From Atractiella rhizophila (Eukaryota): 48,916 nt of DNA. Shown piece after piece: positions 1 to 10,877 of the stretch (the first letter of the stretch is position 1; every line of letters begins with the position of its first letter). A model generated the notes under the pieces. That model saw only the letters and a program-made list of their open reading frames with translations, did not search any database and was not told the DNA's origin. The stretch lies in assembly GCA_021432655.1 (NCBI GenBank), contig MU271257.1, positions 1-48,916 of the forward strand. Direction: 5' to 3'. The position numbers were made by a program, and so were the translations under genes.

Positions 1-1161
1 GTTCTGGCGGAGGAAGAGAGAGAGAGGGCGAAAGCGGAGGAGAGGAGACTGCGGGAGGAATTGGAGAGAGAAAAGGCGGCGGCGGAGGATCTGGCGAGGG
101 TGTTGGAGGAGTTTCAGGCTGGTATGTAACCGCCGGACCATCACGAGCGTTGAGTTGACTCCGATATGCGGTGGATAGGGAAGGAGAGAGAGATGGAGAA
201 TCTTGTTGGAGATGTGAAGAGCCAACTCGACGCTGCTGTCAAAGGATTAGCAGAGTACAAGAAGCGTGCATCCGTTGCCGAGGTATGTTGTCCTTTCCTT
301 GGCGTCTGCTTTCTTGACGGATCGTGGGTGTGAATAGGCACGATTATCCGCCGTACACACAGACTCAGAGAAATCCATGGCACTAGCAAAGGAATTGAAG
401 GAGAAGAACGTGATGATTGGGAAACTGAGGCACGATGGTTCGAACCCAATCTTATCATTCTTTTTGCTGGGAGGCTGATGGAATATTGTTAGCGGTGATT
501 ATGAATGAGCATCTCACAGAAGCTATGCGGCGCTTAAAGCGAGACAGCACCGAAAACAATGTAGACCGGTACGTCACTCTCCTCCTCATTCCTTGCCTTG
601 CAGTTTGACGAATCCGTCATGCAAAGACGACTAGTCACCAACGTACTCATAACCTTCCTCCGTACCCCTCGGGCGGATACAAAGCGTTACGAAATGCTGC
701 AGCTCCTCTCCTCTGTCCTCTCATGGACAGACGAAGAGCGAGAACGAGCAGGTTTGCAGAAGGCAGTTGGCGGGGAAGGCACCAGGCCGAATACCAGCAC
801 GGGGAGAGTACAAATGCAGAGGAAGGGGAGTGGAAAGGAGGAAGAAGCGGATAACGAGGCGAGTCTTCCCTCCAGTTCGCTCTGCTGGATACGGTCGCTG
901 ATCGGGTGGATGGGATAGTCCTTCTCGAACTTATTCGTTGAATTCCTTCTTCGGGAAGCTGGTCAAGCGGCCCCTTCTTCTGCTTCGAAATCAACTCCCG
1001 CGCCGACTCCAACTCTGTTCTCACCCACAGCTTCTACGCCAGGTTCACCCAGAAGCTCCATCCTGGCGCTCTCCCCTCCACCTCCAAGTCAGAAATTCAA
1101 GCTTCCTGAGATACCGCCTTTCAATCCGGATAGGTTGAGGAAGGGACAAAATATTCGTTAA
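1..1161 (+). CDS. RUD3: Golgin Rud3/GMAP-210-like coiled-coil protein with GRAB domain, 5'-truncated by the window, multi-exon
   Basis: The spliced translation gives a coiled coil (EEERERAKAGEERLREELE), then HLTEAMRRLKRDSTENNVD-RRLVTNVLITFLRTPRADTKRYEMLQLLSSVLSWTDEERERAGL (GRAB-like) and SFSNLFVEFLLREA (GA1-like motif). Stop TAA at 1159-1161. Confidence 0.85.
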
Positions 1162-1940
1162 CGGTAGTTACGATCTGCACGCCGGGAGGCACGTGCATTT
1201 GGAGGATTTGAGGATGATTCGTCCACTGTTCACGTCACTGGTTTCATTGGTTGCACTCCGTATCATGTATTTATGCCTTTCAATCTTCGTAACCTTCATC
1301 TCCTCACTTATGGCCATGTTGGGCGGTATTGGATGAGCATCAACGGTGGAACACTGCACCTTTTGAGCTGGCTCTTTATTTGGTGAACTATGTCAATTCT
1401 TCGTTGAGGAATTTGAGATGGTGGTCAATGGTGGAGAATGCTTTGAATCCACTGTCGCCCAAACTTGCATCTTCGTAGATTACATTAGGACCCGTTAGCG
1501 GCATGCGGCATTCTGCTTATTCTCATCTCCCTCAGCAAGCTAGCAAAGGACATTAGAAGGGAGCATCCGTAGTTTGATTCAAGTTTCGAATGCACAGCCC
1601 TAGTCGTAGTGTGCTTGCTGAGAGAAGTCGCCTTTCACCGACAACTTCGATTCTTAAATACTCCATTCAACGAAGGTTACGGCTCAAGCGCTCATGACAG
1701 AGCTGATATACTGATGCGCTTTGCGAGCGAATTCAAGGGAACTCTGAGCACTTCTGAGCATCCCAGAAAACTGATTGTTGGGGAACTCATGTAGACCTGT
1801 CATCTTCCAAAAGGCAGGGTTGCCAACTGATAATCTATTTCTCATTTGATGCTGCTGCTCGTCGTTTTTACGCTGTGAGAGACTTCTGAATATCTTTTAG
1901 GCCACGTCGTGACGTTTCCATGGCCCCTGAGTACCACTTC

Positions 1941-1965
1941 NNNNNNNNNNNNNNNNNNNNNNNNN
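1941..1965. other. Assembly gap (25 N)
   Basis: Run of N. Confidence 1.
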
Positions 1966-2112
1966 ACCCACAGACTCTCCCCAGACCAAATCCTTGCGGC
2001 GAAGTTGGTGTTGTCAACTCTACGCATGCTGCATTTTTTACGCAGACGTACTTAGTTCTTTGCGTGACTTACCATCGCGACACAGGAACTCAATTTGGGA
2101 TGGGCCTGAGGG

Positions 2113-2119
2113 TATAAAA
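2113..2119 (+). promoter_or_regulatory. TATA box of Egh16-like paralogue 1 (an equivalent TATAAAA lies at ~7188 for paralogue 2)
   Basis: TATAAAA ~200 nt upstream of the ATG, at the homologous position in both paralogue promoters. Confidence 0.6.
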
Positions 2120-2312
2120 AACGCCAGACTTCCTCTCATTTTATCATCAAAACACATCCAGAGCTCGCCTACTTCTACTCAATCCTAGTTTTGAACGTTG
2201 AACGTCCTTCGCTTTTCGCTCACCATCACTTCACCTAACTTTTTCACCAGCAAGTCTGCTTTAATATTTAGCTTCTCCCACTTCAACAGTCCATTTTTTT
2301 CGACAATCGGAA

Positions 2313-5300
2313 ATGGATCGATCAGCTCTCGCTCTCCTCTCGGTCCTCTCGCTCGTTAATGCCCAGGCCGCACTGACCAACGTATGATTTCTTCCCATCT
2401 TTCGAGAGCCGTCCGGAGCAGAAACTGACGAAGAAATTAGATCGTGGGAGGCAACGGAGTCACAAATGTCGGGCCTTGGTGTCCAGTCCCAGACTCCTAA
2501 TTCAGGGCAGGGCATTACTGTCAGCGGAGGCGGTTGCGGAGCTGCAAACACTGCTCAGCTCTCGCTACCTGTGAGCACCATTCCTCCTCTTCCCTCTGCC
2601 TTGCCTTTTGGCTGACTGACACAACAATAGCGACGGCCAATGGCATTGCCACCCCTGATGACAGTGGAAATCTGAACATGGAGGTGTTCATTGTGCGTCC
2701 TTCCCTCCTATTGGAATAAACCAATAGAATTCACGTATTGTATGTGAGCACAACAATAGCGACGGCCAATGGCATTGCCACCCCTGATGACAGTGGAAAT
2801 CTGAACATGGAGGTGTTCATTGTGCGTCCTTCCCTCCTATTGGAATAAACCAATAGAATTCAGCGTATTGTATGTGAGCAGATCAATAGCCAGGGAGAGG
2901 GACCTTATACCTGCGCTTTGGATACCACTGGGCGCAGAAAACTCATTCAACACTCCTTTGACAATCAAGACCAACGGTTAGCTCTTTCTTACAGCCCTCA
3001 AGTCTCAGGTGTTAACTCATGCATACCCCACATCCAGTAAACAACCAAGTTGGTCAGGCGTGTTTCTCTCGTCGCTGCCATGCCATCAGGAATCACCTTG
3101 TCCCTCCACCGGCTGCATTGTCCAATGCAAGAATAGTGCTGGGTGGGCGCAACAAATCCTCTCTGCAGACTGGAATGAAACTGAATATTGACGACCAGAT
3201 TCGGTGGGTGTGTACCCGTTGCACCATCCAATACCGCAACCGGCTCCAGTGGTAGGTCTTCCCCCTCTCCTCGATTGTAACTGACGATCCGTAGGAACGG
3301 GCGGCAATACGGGATCTGCTGCCACAGGCAACAGTGGAAATGCTGGCAATGTTGGCGACACCGGCAATAATGGAAATGCTGGCAACACTGGGAATACTGG
3401 CAACGCGGGAAATGCCGGCAACACTGGAAACCCTGGCAACTCTGGAAGCCCTGGACAGGTCGCGAAGAGAGGTACATATTATCTCACTTCAGTGTTGCTT
3501 ATGACAGCGCTGACCTACTTGTGAAGCCACACCACCTGGTAACGGTGCAGACCGGAACGTAAACGTCAAGGACCCCGAACCGTCAGCAATTTCCACTCCT
3601 CGTTCTTCACACTGACAATCTTTCCATTTGACAGTCAGCGGAATCCTCCTGTCCAACCCCACCGAGCCCCACCCCCCCAGCCCCAAAGCCAGGCAAGGCT
3701 GGAAAGCCTGCGAAGAGAGGTACATATTATCTCACTTCAGAATTGCTTATGACGGCGCTGACCCACATGTGAAGCCACACCACCTGGTAACGGTGCAGGC
3801 CCGAACGTAAACGTCAAGGACCCCCAGCCGTCAGTAATTCCTCTGTTTGTTCTTCAATCTGACAATCCATTCATTTGACAGTCAGCGGAATCCTCCTGTC
3901 CAGCCCCCACCAAGCCCCACTCCCCTGCCCCAAAGCCTGGCAAGGCGGGAAAGCCTGAGAAGAGAGGTACATATCATCTCACTTCAGTGTTATTTACGAC
4001 AATGCTGACCCCCATGCCAAGCCACACCACCCGGTAACGGTGCAGACCCGAACGTAAACGTCAAGGACCCCCAGCCGTCAGTAATTCCCTCTGCTTGTTC
4101 TTCAATTTGACAATGCGTTCGTATTTGGCAGTCAACGGAATCCTCCTGTCCAGCCCCCCACCAAGCCCCACTCCCCCTGCCCCAAAGCCAGGCAAGGCTG
4201 GAAAGCCTGCGAAGAGAGGTACATATCATCTCGTTACATACAACAGCGCTGACCTACATGTTCAGCCACACCACCCGGTAACGGTGCGGCGGGGAATAAT
4301 GTCAACAACGGAAATCCTGGTGCGTCCTCCTCCCTCCTGCCTGTAGGAGGCTGAAGCGATCTTACAGGCGCTCAAGGACAAGGAAACGGGAACCAGAATG
4401 GAAACCAGAATGGAAACCAGAACGTAAATCAGAATGTAAACGGCAACGACCCCCAGCCGTCAGTAATTCCCACCCCTCGTTCCTCACACTGACAATCTGT
4501 TCATTTGACAGTCAACCGAATCCTCCTGTCCAACCCCCGCCAAGCCCCACTCCCCCTGCCCCAAAGCCTGGCAAGGCGGGAAAGCCTGCGAAGAGAGGTA
4601 CATATCATCTCACTTCAGCGTTGCCTATGACAGCGCTGACCTACATGTGAAGCCACACCACCCGGTAACGGTGCAGGCCCGAACGTAAACGTCAAGGACA
4701 CCCAGCCGTCAGTAGTTCCCTCTGTTTGTTCGTCAATCTGACAATCCATTCATTTGACAGTCAGCGGAATCCTCCTGTCCAGCCCCCACCAAGCCCCACT
4801 CCCCCTGCCCCAAAGCCTGGCAAGGCTGGAAAGCCTGTGAAGAGAGGTACATATCATCTCACTTCGATGTTACTTACGACAACGCTGACCTACATGTTCA
4901 GCCACGCCACCCGGTAACGGTGCGGCGGGGAATAATGTCAACAACGGAAACCCTGGTGCGTCCTCCCCCCTCCTGCCTGTAGGAAGCTGAAGCGATTTTA
5001 CAGGTGCTCAAGGACAAGGAAACGCGAACCAGAACGGAAACCAGGACGGAAACCAGAATGGAAACCAGAACGTAAACCAGAATGTAAACGGCAACGACCC
5101 CCAGCCGTCAGTAATTCCCACCCCTCGTTCCTCACGCTGACAATCTGTTCATTTGACAGTCAGCGGAATCCTCCTGTCCAACCCCCACCGAGCCCCACTC
5201 CCCCAGCCCCAAAGCCTGGCAAGGCTGGAAAGCCTGTGAAGAGAGGTACATATCATGCCACTTCAATGTTATTTACGACAATGCTGACCTACATGTCCAG

Positions 5301-6078
5301 CCACACCACCGGTAACGGTGCGACGGGGGACAATGTCAACAACGGAAACCCTGGTGCGTCCTCCCCCTCCTGCCTGTAGGAGGCTGAAACGATTTTATAG
5401 GCGCTCAAGGACAAGGAAACGCGAACCAGAACGGAAACCAAAATGGAAACCAGAATGTGAACCAGAATGTAAACGCCAACAACCCGCAGCCGTGAGTAAA
5501 TCCCACTCCTCATTCTTCACTCTGACAAATTGTTCATTTGACAGTCAACCGAATCCTCCTGTCCAACCCCCACCAAGCCCCACTCCCCCAGCCCCAAAGC
5601 CTGGCAAGGCTGGAAAGCCTGTGAAGAGAGGTACATATCATCTCATTTCGATGTTACTTACAACAACGCTGACCTACATGTCCAGCCACACCACCCGGTA
5701 ACGGTGCGGCGGGGAACAAAGTAAACACTGGTACGTCATCTCTCCTTGCACACTAGTGTCATTGTCCTACGTTGTAGCTGCAGCTGACAACAATTCCTCC
5801 AGGCGCGACTGCCACCACCCAAAGAAATGGAAACCAAAACGCGAACCCAGATGTAAACACAAACGCTGCCGCCAACGGACGTCAGCCGTCAGTGATTCCT
5901 ACTTCATTCCTCATTCCCTTTGTGGTCTGACGATATTTGCACATTCGATAGTCAACCAAACCCTGCTGTCAGGCCTCCCCCCAGCAAGGTCCCGCAGCCC
6001 CCTGCTGGACAGGCGCATGCGAATGGACCCGTTGGAGGGAGAATGGTGAAGGCCATGAAGAAGAGGAGGATGCATTAA
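2313..6078 (+). CDS. Secreted Egh16/GAS1-like (DUF3129) protein, paralogue 1, with a G-N-x linker and a KR-delimited Pro/Gly/Asn repeat tail; carries several 1-nt indels as assembled
   Basis: Signal peptide MDRSALALLSVLSLVNAQAAL; IVGGNGVTNVGLG; INSQGEGPYTCALDTTG; LVAAMPSGITCPSTGCIVQCKNSAGFGGCVPV (matches the DUF3129 pattern). More than 20 small exons follow, ending AMKKRRMH* at 6076-6078. Frameshifts relative to paralogue 2 or sibling repeats occur near 2471, 2556, 2930, 3660, 3923 and 5310. Confidence 0.75.
2620..2878 (+). repeat. Tandem duplication (~129 bp x2) of exon 3 plus its downstream intron
   Basis: cacaacaatagcgacggcc...tatgtgag occurs at 2620 and again at 2749, differing by one indel. 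Confidence 0.95.
3472..5730 (+). repeat. Tandem array of exon-intron modules (~250-bp type A and ~385-bp type B; order A A A B A B B plus a terminal variant)
   Basis: Recurring aagagag|gtacatat ... ccacaccacc(c/t)ggtaacggtgc ... |gtcagt ... gacag|tca(g/a)c..aatcctcctgtcca units. Confidence 0.95.
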
Positions 6079-7387
6079 GCAGCATTTAAGCAGCACTAAA
6101 GGACGCTTCTAGTTTGAAATTGATAGTTACCAAGCGATGTAATACGAGCAAGCGTGACTAGGAGAGAGTGAAAGGACATTCTAGCGTTTGCTCACATAAT
6201 TTGCATCCTGGCACTCGTCTCTGTCTCAGCGAAGGAAGAACATGCAGCTGGCATCAAAATTGTTGGTAAAACTACTGTAAAACCACTCCTCCACGTGTGT
6301 TGGTGTTTGCACGGTAACGCAGCCACTGTGTTACCGAGTCGCGTTCTACAACCTTACGTGGAAGGTAACTGTACCACGTGCCAAATTACAAGCTCATTAA
6401 GGGTCCGCACACAGTGCTCATTACTCAGTCGTAGTTGTAGATGTATTCCTCCATCCTGAGTATCCGCCAAGGACCAGGATATTATTAGTTTACTTAAATT
6501 TTACAGCAAACTGTGTTCAGGAAATGTCCATATGTAGTCTGGTTTAAGTCTGAAGAGCACAGCCTCGATGTAGTGTGCTATCTTAGCGAAGTTGCGTTTT
6601 CGCTCAACGTAAAGTTCGATTGTTACTTACTATGCTCAGTGAAATCGCCGGGAAGATGATGCGCTCATACGCTCATGATAGAGTTCAAACACCGGTGTTT
6701 ATTTGGTGATCCAATCTGAGCACAAATTTGGCCGACTTGGTAGATTATGTCGGGGGATATTGATGTGCCATCTCCTGGAGGACAGGATTGCCTACAAATG
6801 ACTTATTATTGTCTACGCTTGCCGCTTGTCGTTTTTACGCCGTGAGAGGTTTCTGAATATCCAGTTAGGCAACGTCGTGATGTTTCCATGGCCCCTAAGT
6901 GCAATGTTCCAACTTCGTCTCCCTTTATAACGCAGCAGCTAACTGCGGCATCCCTGTGGTAGTCACCCTCGTCTTGCTTTTTAGTATCAAGCATCTGACT
7001 GCGATATCATTGTGGTGCCTTAGCGCTTCACTTTACAATGACACCTTTCGATTCTCCAGACCAAATCCTTGCGGCGAAGTTGGGGTTGTCATCTGGACGT
7101 ACGCTGTATTTTACGCGCAGGTGATGCTCAGTTCTTCGCGTGACTTATCCATCACAACCCAAGAAGCCAATTTAGGGTAGGTCTGGCTATAAAAGCCCTA
7201 GACTTCCTCGGTTGAGGTCAACAAATCCAGCTTGCCTTCTTTTCAGCGCCTCAAGTTTCCAACGTTGAACGTCGCCATTCGCTTTCACATTCAATACTCC
7301 ACCTGAGTCTTTCACCAGCCAGCCAGCCTGTTCTACATCTTCGCGTCTCTCTCTCCTATTTCAACAGTCAAATATTTACCTTTTACT

Positions 7388-9066
7388 ATGGATCGATCTG
7401 TCATTGTCCTCCTATCTCTTCTCTCGCTTGTTAATGCCCAGTCCGCATTGATCAATGTATGCTGACTCCATATCTTTCTAACCTCGCTGCATTTAAGCTG
7501 ACGAAACAATAGATTGTGGGAGGAAACGGAGTCACCAATGTTGGCCTTGGCGTTCAATCCCAGACCCCAAGCGAAGCACAGGGAATCACTGTCAGCGACA
7601 ACAGTTGCGGAGCATCGAACACCAATCAAGCTCTCGCGACCTGTGAGCATCCAAATCTTACCCCGCGTCGTATAGTGACAAGCATGCAGCGACGGCGGGC
7701 GGCATTGCCACGCCTGATGACAGCGGTAACCTGAACATGGAGGTTTTCATCGTGAGTCTTTCCTCCTCCATTTTGAAATAACTGTAGGACACTCACGCGT
7801 CGTACGGAACAGATCAACAGCGATGGGGATGGACCATACACCTGCGCTTTGGATACCAGCGGCACTGGAGACTCCTTTGACACTCCTTTGACAATCAAAA
7901 CTAACGGTTCGTGCCTCATTTAGCCAATATGGTCTCGACTGCTAACTCGGATATCTGGTGCATCCAGTAAACAACAAAGTTGGTGAAGCGTGCACCCTCG
8001 TTGCCGCCATGCCATCAGGAATCACCTGTCCTACTACTGGTTGCATCGTCCAATGCAAGAATAGCGCCGGGTACGCCTGCTTTATCATTTATGCGGAGGG
8101 AAGAGAAGTTGAAGTGTAACGAGCAGATTCGGCGGATGTGTGCCCGTCCTCCCTGCTAATAACGCTGCCGCCTCCACCGGTAGGATTCCCTCTCTTGATC
8201 CGTTGGATGAAAGAGAACTGAAGTTGGGTAGGGACAACTGGGTCTACGACTAATACTGGAAGTGCTGGTAACGACGGAAGCAGTGACAACACTGGAAATA
8301 CCGAAAATACCGGAGACACTGGAAGTGCTGGAAACTCTGGTAACACTGGGGGCGCTAGCGACAGTGGAAACGGTGCAAACGGAAACAACGCGGTGAAGAG
8401 GGGTACGTATCCACTCACGCCAGATTATCGCATCAACGCTGACCTACAAGGTGTAGCTGCCGCGTCACCCAGTAACACAGTGAAGAAAGCAAACGCAGGT
8501 GAGTCCATCCTACAAATCAATACATCTTTGTCTCACAACGATTCATCCAGGCGCAGCAACCAAGAAACCGAAGACGAGCGCAAAACCGTCAGCCATCCCC
8601 TTTCCTCACTGCAATTTCCCTGATACTAACGGAATCGTGCCGTCGACAGTAAATCAACTGCTGTAGTCAAACCGAAAACGAGCGCCAAGCCGTCAGTCGT
8701 CCCCTTTCCTCATCTCATTTCTCTGGTACTAACGAAACGTTCCGTCGACAGTAAATCAACTGTCAAACCTAAAACGAGCGCCAAGCCGTCAGCCATCCCT
8801 TTCTTCTCCTGCAATTCCCCTGATACTAACGAAACGTTCCGTCGACAGTAAATCAACTGTCAAGCCTAAAACGACCACCAAACCGTCAGTCCCCCTTTCC
8901 TCACTGCATTTCCCCTGATACTAACAATCGTTCCGTCGACAGTAAATCGACTCCTGCGGCGAAGACACAGTCCAGCAAGAGCCCCAAAACGACTGCTGGA
9001 CAGGCTAAGGGACAGGTGAGGAGGAGGACGTGGAGGGCTTTGAAGGGGATGGGGAGGAAGCATTAA
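7388..9066 (+). CDS. Secreted Egh16/GAS1-like (DUF3129) protein, paralogue 2, intact, with a Lys/Thr-rich microexon tail
   Basis: MDRSVIVLLSLLSLVNAQSALIN; INSDGDGPYTCALDTSG; CPTTGCIVQCKNSAGFGGCVPV. Intron positions match paralogue 1. The tail has KSTVKPKTSAKP repeats and ends RRRTWRALKGMGRKH*. Confidence 0.8.
8588..8945 (+). repeat. ~100-bp tandem intron+microexon repeats (four introns)
   Basis: Repeated gtcag...tactaac...cgtcgacag|taaatc units with 36-42 nt exons. Confidence 0.9.
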
Positions 9067-10336
9067 GGACGCTTTGTCTGTTTTGAATTAATCCCTATAA
9101 TAGGTGTGAAACGATGCATGGACGTTGATATTTGCTATATAGTATAGATATAACAAGACGGATGGAATTATATTCTGTTTTGTTCCTGTCATTTGTTCCC
9201 TCCACCTCGAATCCAGGAAAAATGTTTTTTTTTTTTCGAGATTTCGATAGAGACTGCACCGTGGTTGCGCCATGGTGAGGGAAGAACCATCTAATCACTT
9301 CACATCAAGGTGAAGACAGAAGGCTCTGAACGGTCGTATATCGGAGCATAAGGAGAATCAGAGTGGGGAACCGAGAGGTGGAATCTTGGTTTTTTCTCGC
9401 TTTTCGATCATAGTGCAGTTTCCAGCGAATGGGGTTGCCCATCGGCTACATTATATTCAGAGCCGCGACATGTGCTCAGAAAAATAAACGTAAGAGTAAT
9501 ACAATTTCCCACCGTGATACATACTGCGATTATTCCTTACGATTCGTCAAGGCCTAACATCGTATTGCGTATTCTACCATGACGAACTCTTTCGGCACAA
9601 GTCTTTACTCTTTACACGCACATTGACTGCTGACATATTATATTTGAGACGACAAGCTGAGCGGCCCCTCGTCCCCGGGGGGAGAAGTCACCTGTTTCAG
9701 TGGTGAAAACTTTTTTTTCGTGTTTCAAATAGTCTTTGATGTACACGGTTCGAAAAGCACCGACACGTGTATTCTGGCGGTCTACTCAGAATTCTGAAAG
9801 AGTTCTTGTGGGCGGTGATATAAAGGTTCAAAAGTACATGCGTGAGTCATGGTCAAACCCGTCGTGCGTTTTATATAAGGATAAGGATGGCTGAACGATA
9901 GTGGTGTGCACGACCGTACACTTATTGAACCGGCATTCGATCACGCTTCGCACCGCAAGGAAGAGGTGCCTGAGTGTCCGGATAGGACTACTAGCGCCAG
10001 TACGTGTTCATAGCCTCCCAAATTTTACGTCTCCTGCAAAGCCTTGATTGTGTTGTAAAGCTGAGACCTTGGACATGATACATCTTGGAGATTAGAACGA
10101 AACAATGGTCATTTCGATAGCTAAGAATGATTGATGATGGATGAATATGGGGCTAATCTACTACTTTTGAACTGTTCTTTCTCTTTCCCTCACCCTCAAT
10201 GCCACTAAGAGACAACAGACTGAGCATCCATCCTCTCCTCTCCTCTCCTTCCTTCCCTCTATATCCACCACTCCAACGCATAACTCCACATGTCATCCAC
10301 CACCCCCTCTCAAAGACACGAAGATAATCATGACGA

Positions 10337-10751
10337 CTAATTAAGTTTGCTAATCCTCATCCGCCTCCTCTTCGCCTATCCAACAATCAGCAACAGCACA
10401 CAACCAAGCAAACAATCAAACAAAGAAACAAAAAAAGCCATAAAGAAACAAAAAACCGAAATAAAAAAGACAAACCTTAAGCCTCATATTCCTCAACACC
10501 GTCTTCCCCCCCTCCCTCTTCTTCTTCAGCCTCCCGATCCTCAGCTGGTGGTAGAGCGCGTCGGGTATGCGGAAGGGGCCTTTGAGGAGCATGTTGAGCG
10601 TGCTCCTGTGGCGTGTCTGCGATGCGGGTGAGAGGACGGAGGAGAGGAGGGGGAGGGAGGGGGATGAGGATGGGAGGGAGGGGCGGAGGAGTGTGCGGGA
10701 GAAGGGGGTGAAGGGGAGGGAGACGCGTGCGAGCGAGCGGAGGAGGGACAT
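10337..10751 (-). CDS. Small basic protein with a mitochondrial-type presequence, possibly a divergent mitoribosomal bL34m; intron 10376-10475
   Basis: N-terminus is rich in Ser/Leu/Arg/Pro with no acidic residues. The C-terminus GRLKKKREGGKTVLRNMRLK|AKRRRMRISKLN* loosely resembles bL34 (GxxxRxxTxxGRxVLxRRRxKGRxRL). Confidence 0.45.
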
Positions 10752-10877
10752 CTTGCTCTTTCACCGTCAACTGTCAACTTTCAACTATTGAACTTTGTCG
10801 GAGGTGGAGGTGGAATTTGAAAAACGGAACCGCCGAAGCCGGTTTGCATGACTCGACCTCAGTTGTAAGTTGTGAGA

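Noticed and set aside
3472..5730. Repeat array as a CRISPR-like or satellite element
   Set aside because: The units are exon-intron modules with splice signals and coding continuity, there are no unique spacers or cas genes, and the DNA is eukaryotic.
9100..10300. 1.2-kb intergenic stretch as a possible element or ncRNA
   Set aside because: No repeats, boxes, tRNA-like structure or coding signal could be supported by eye.
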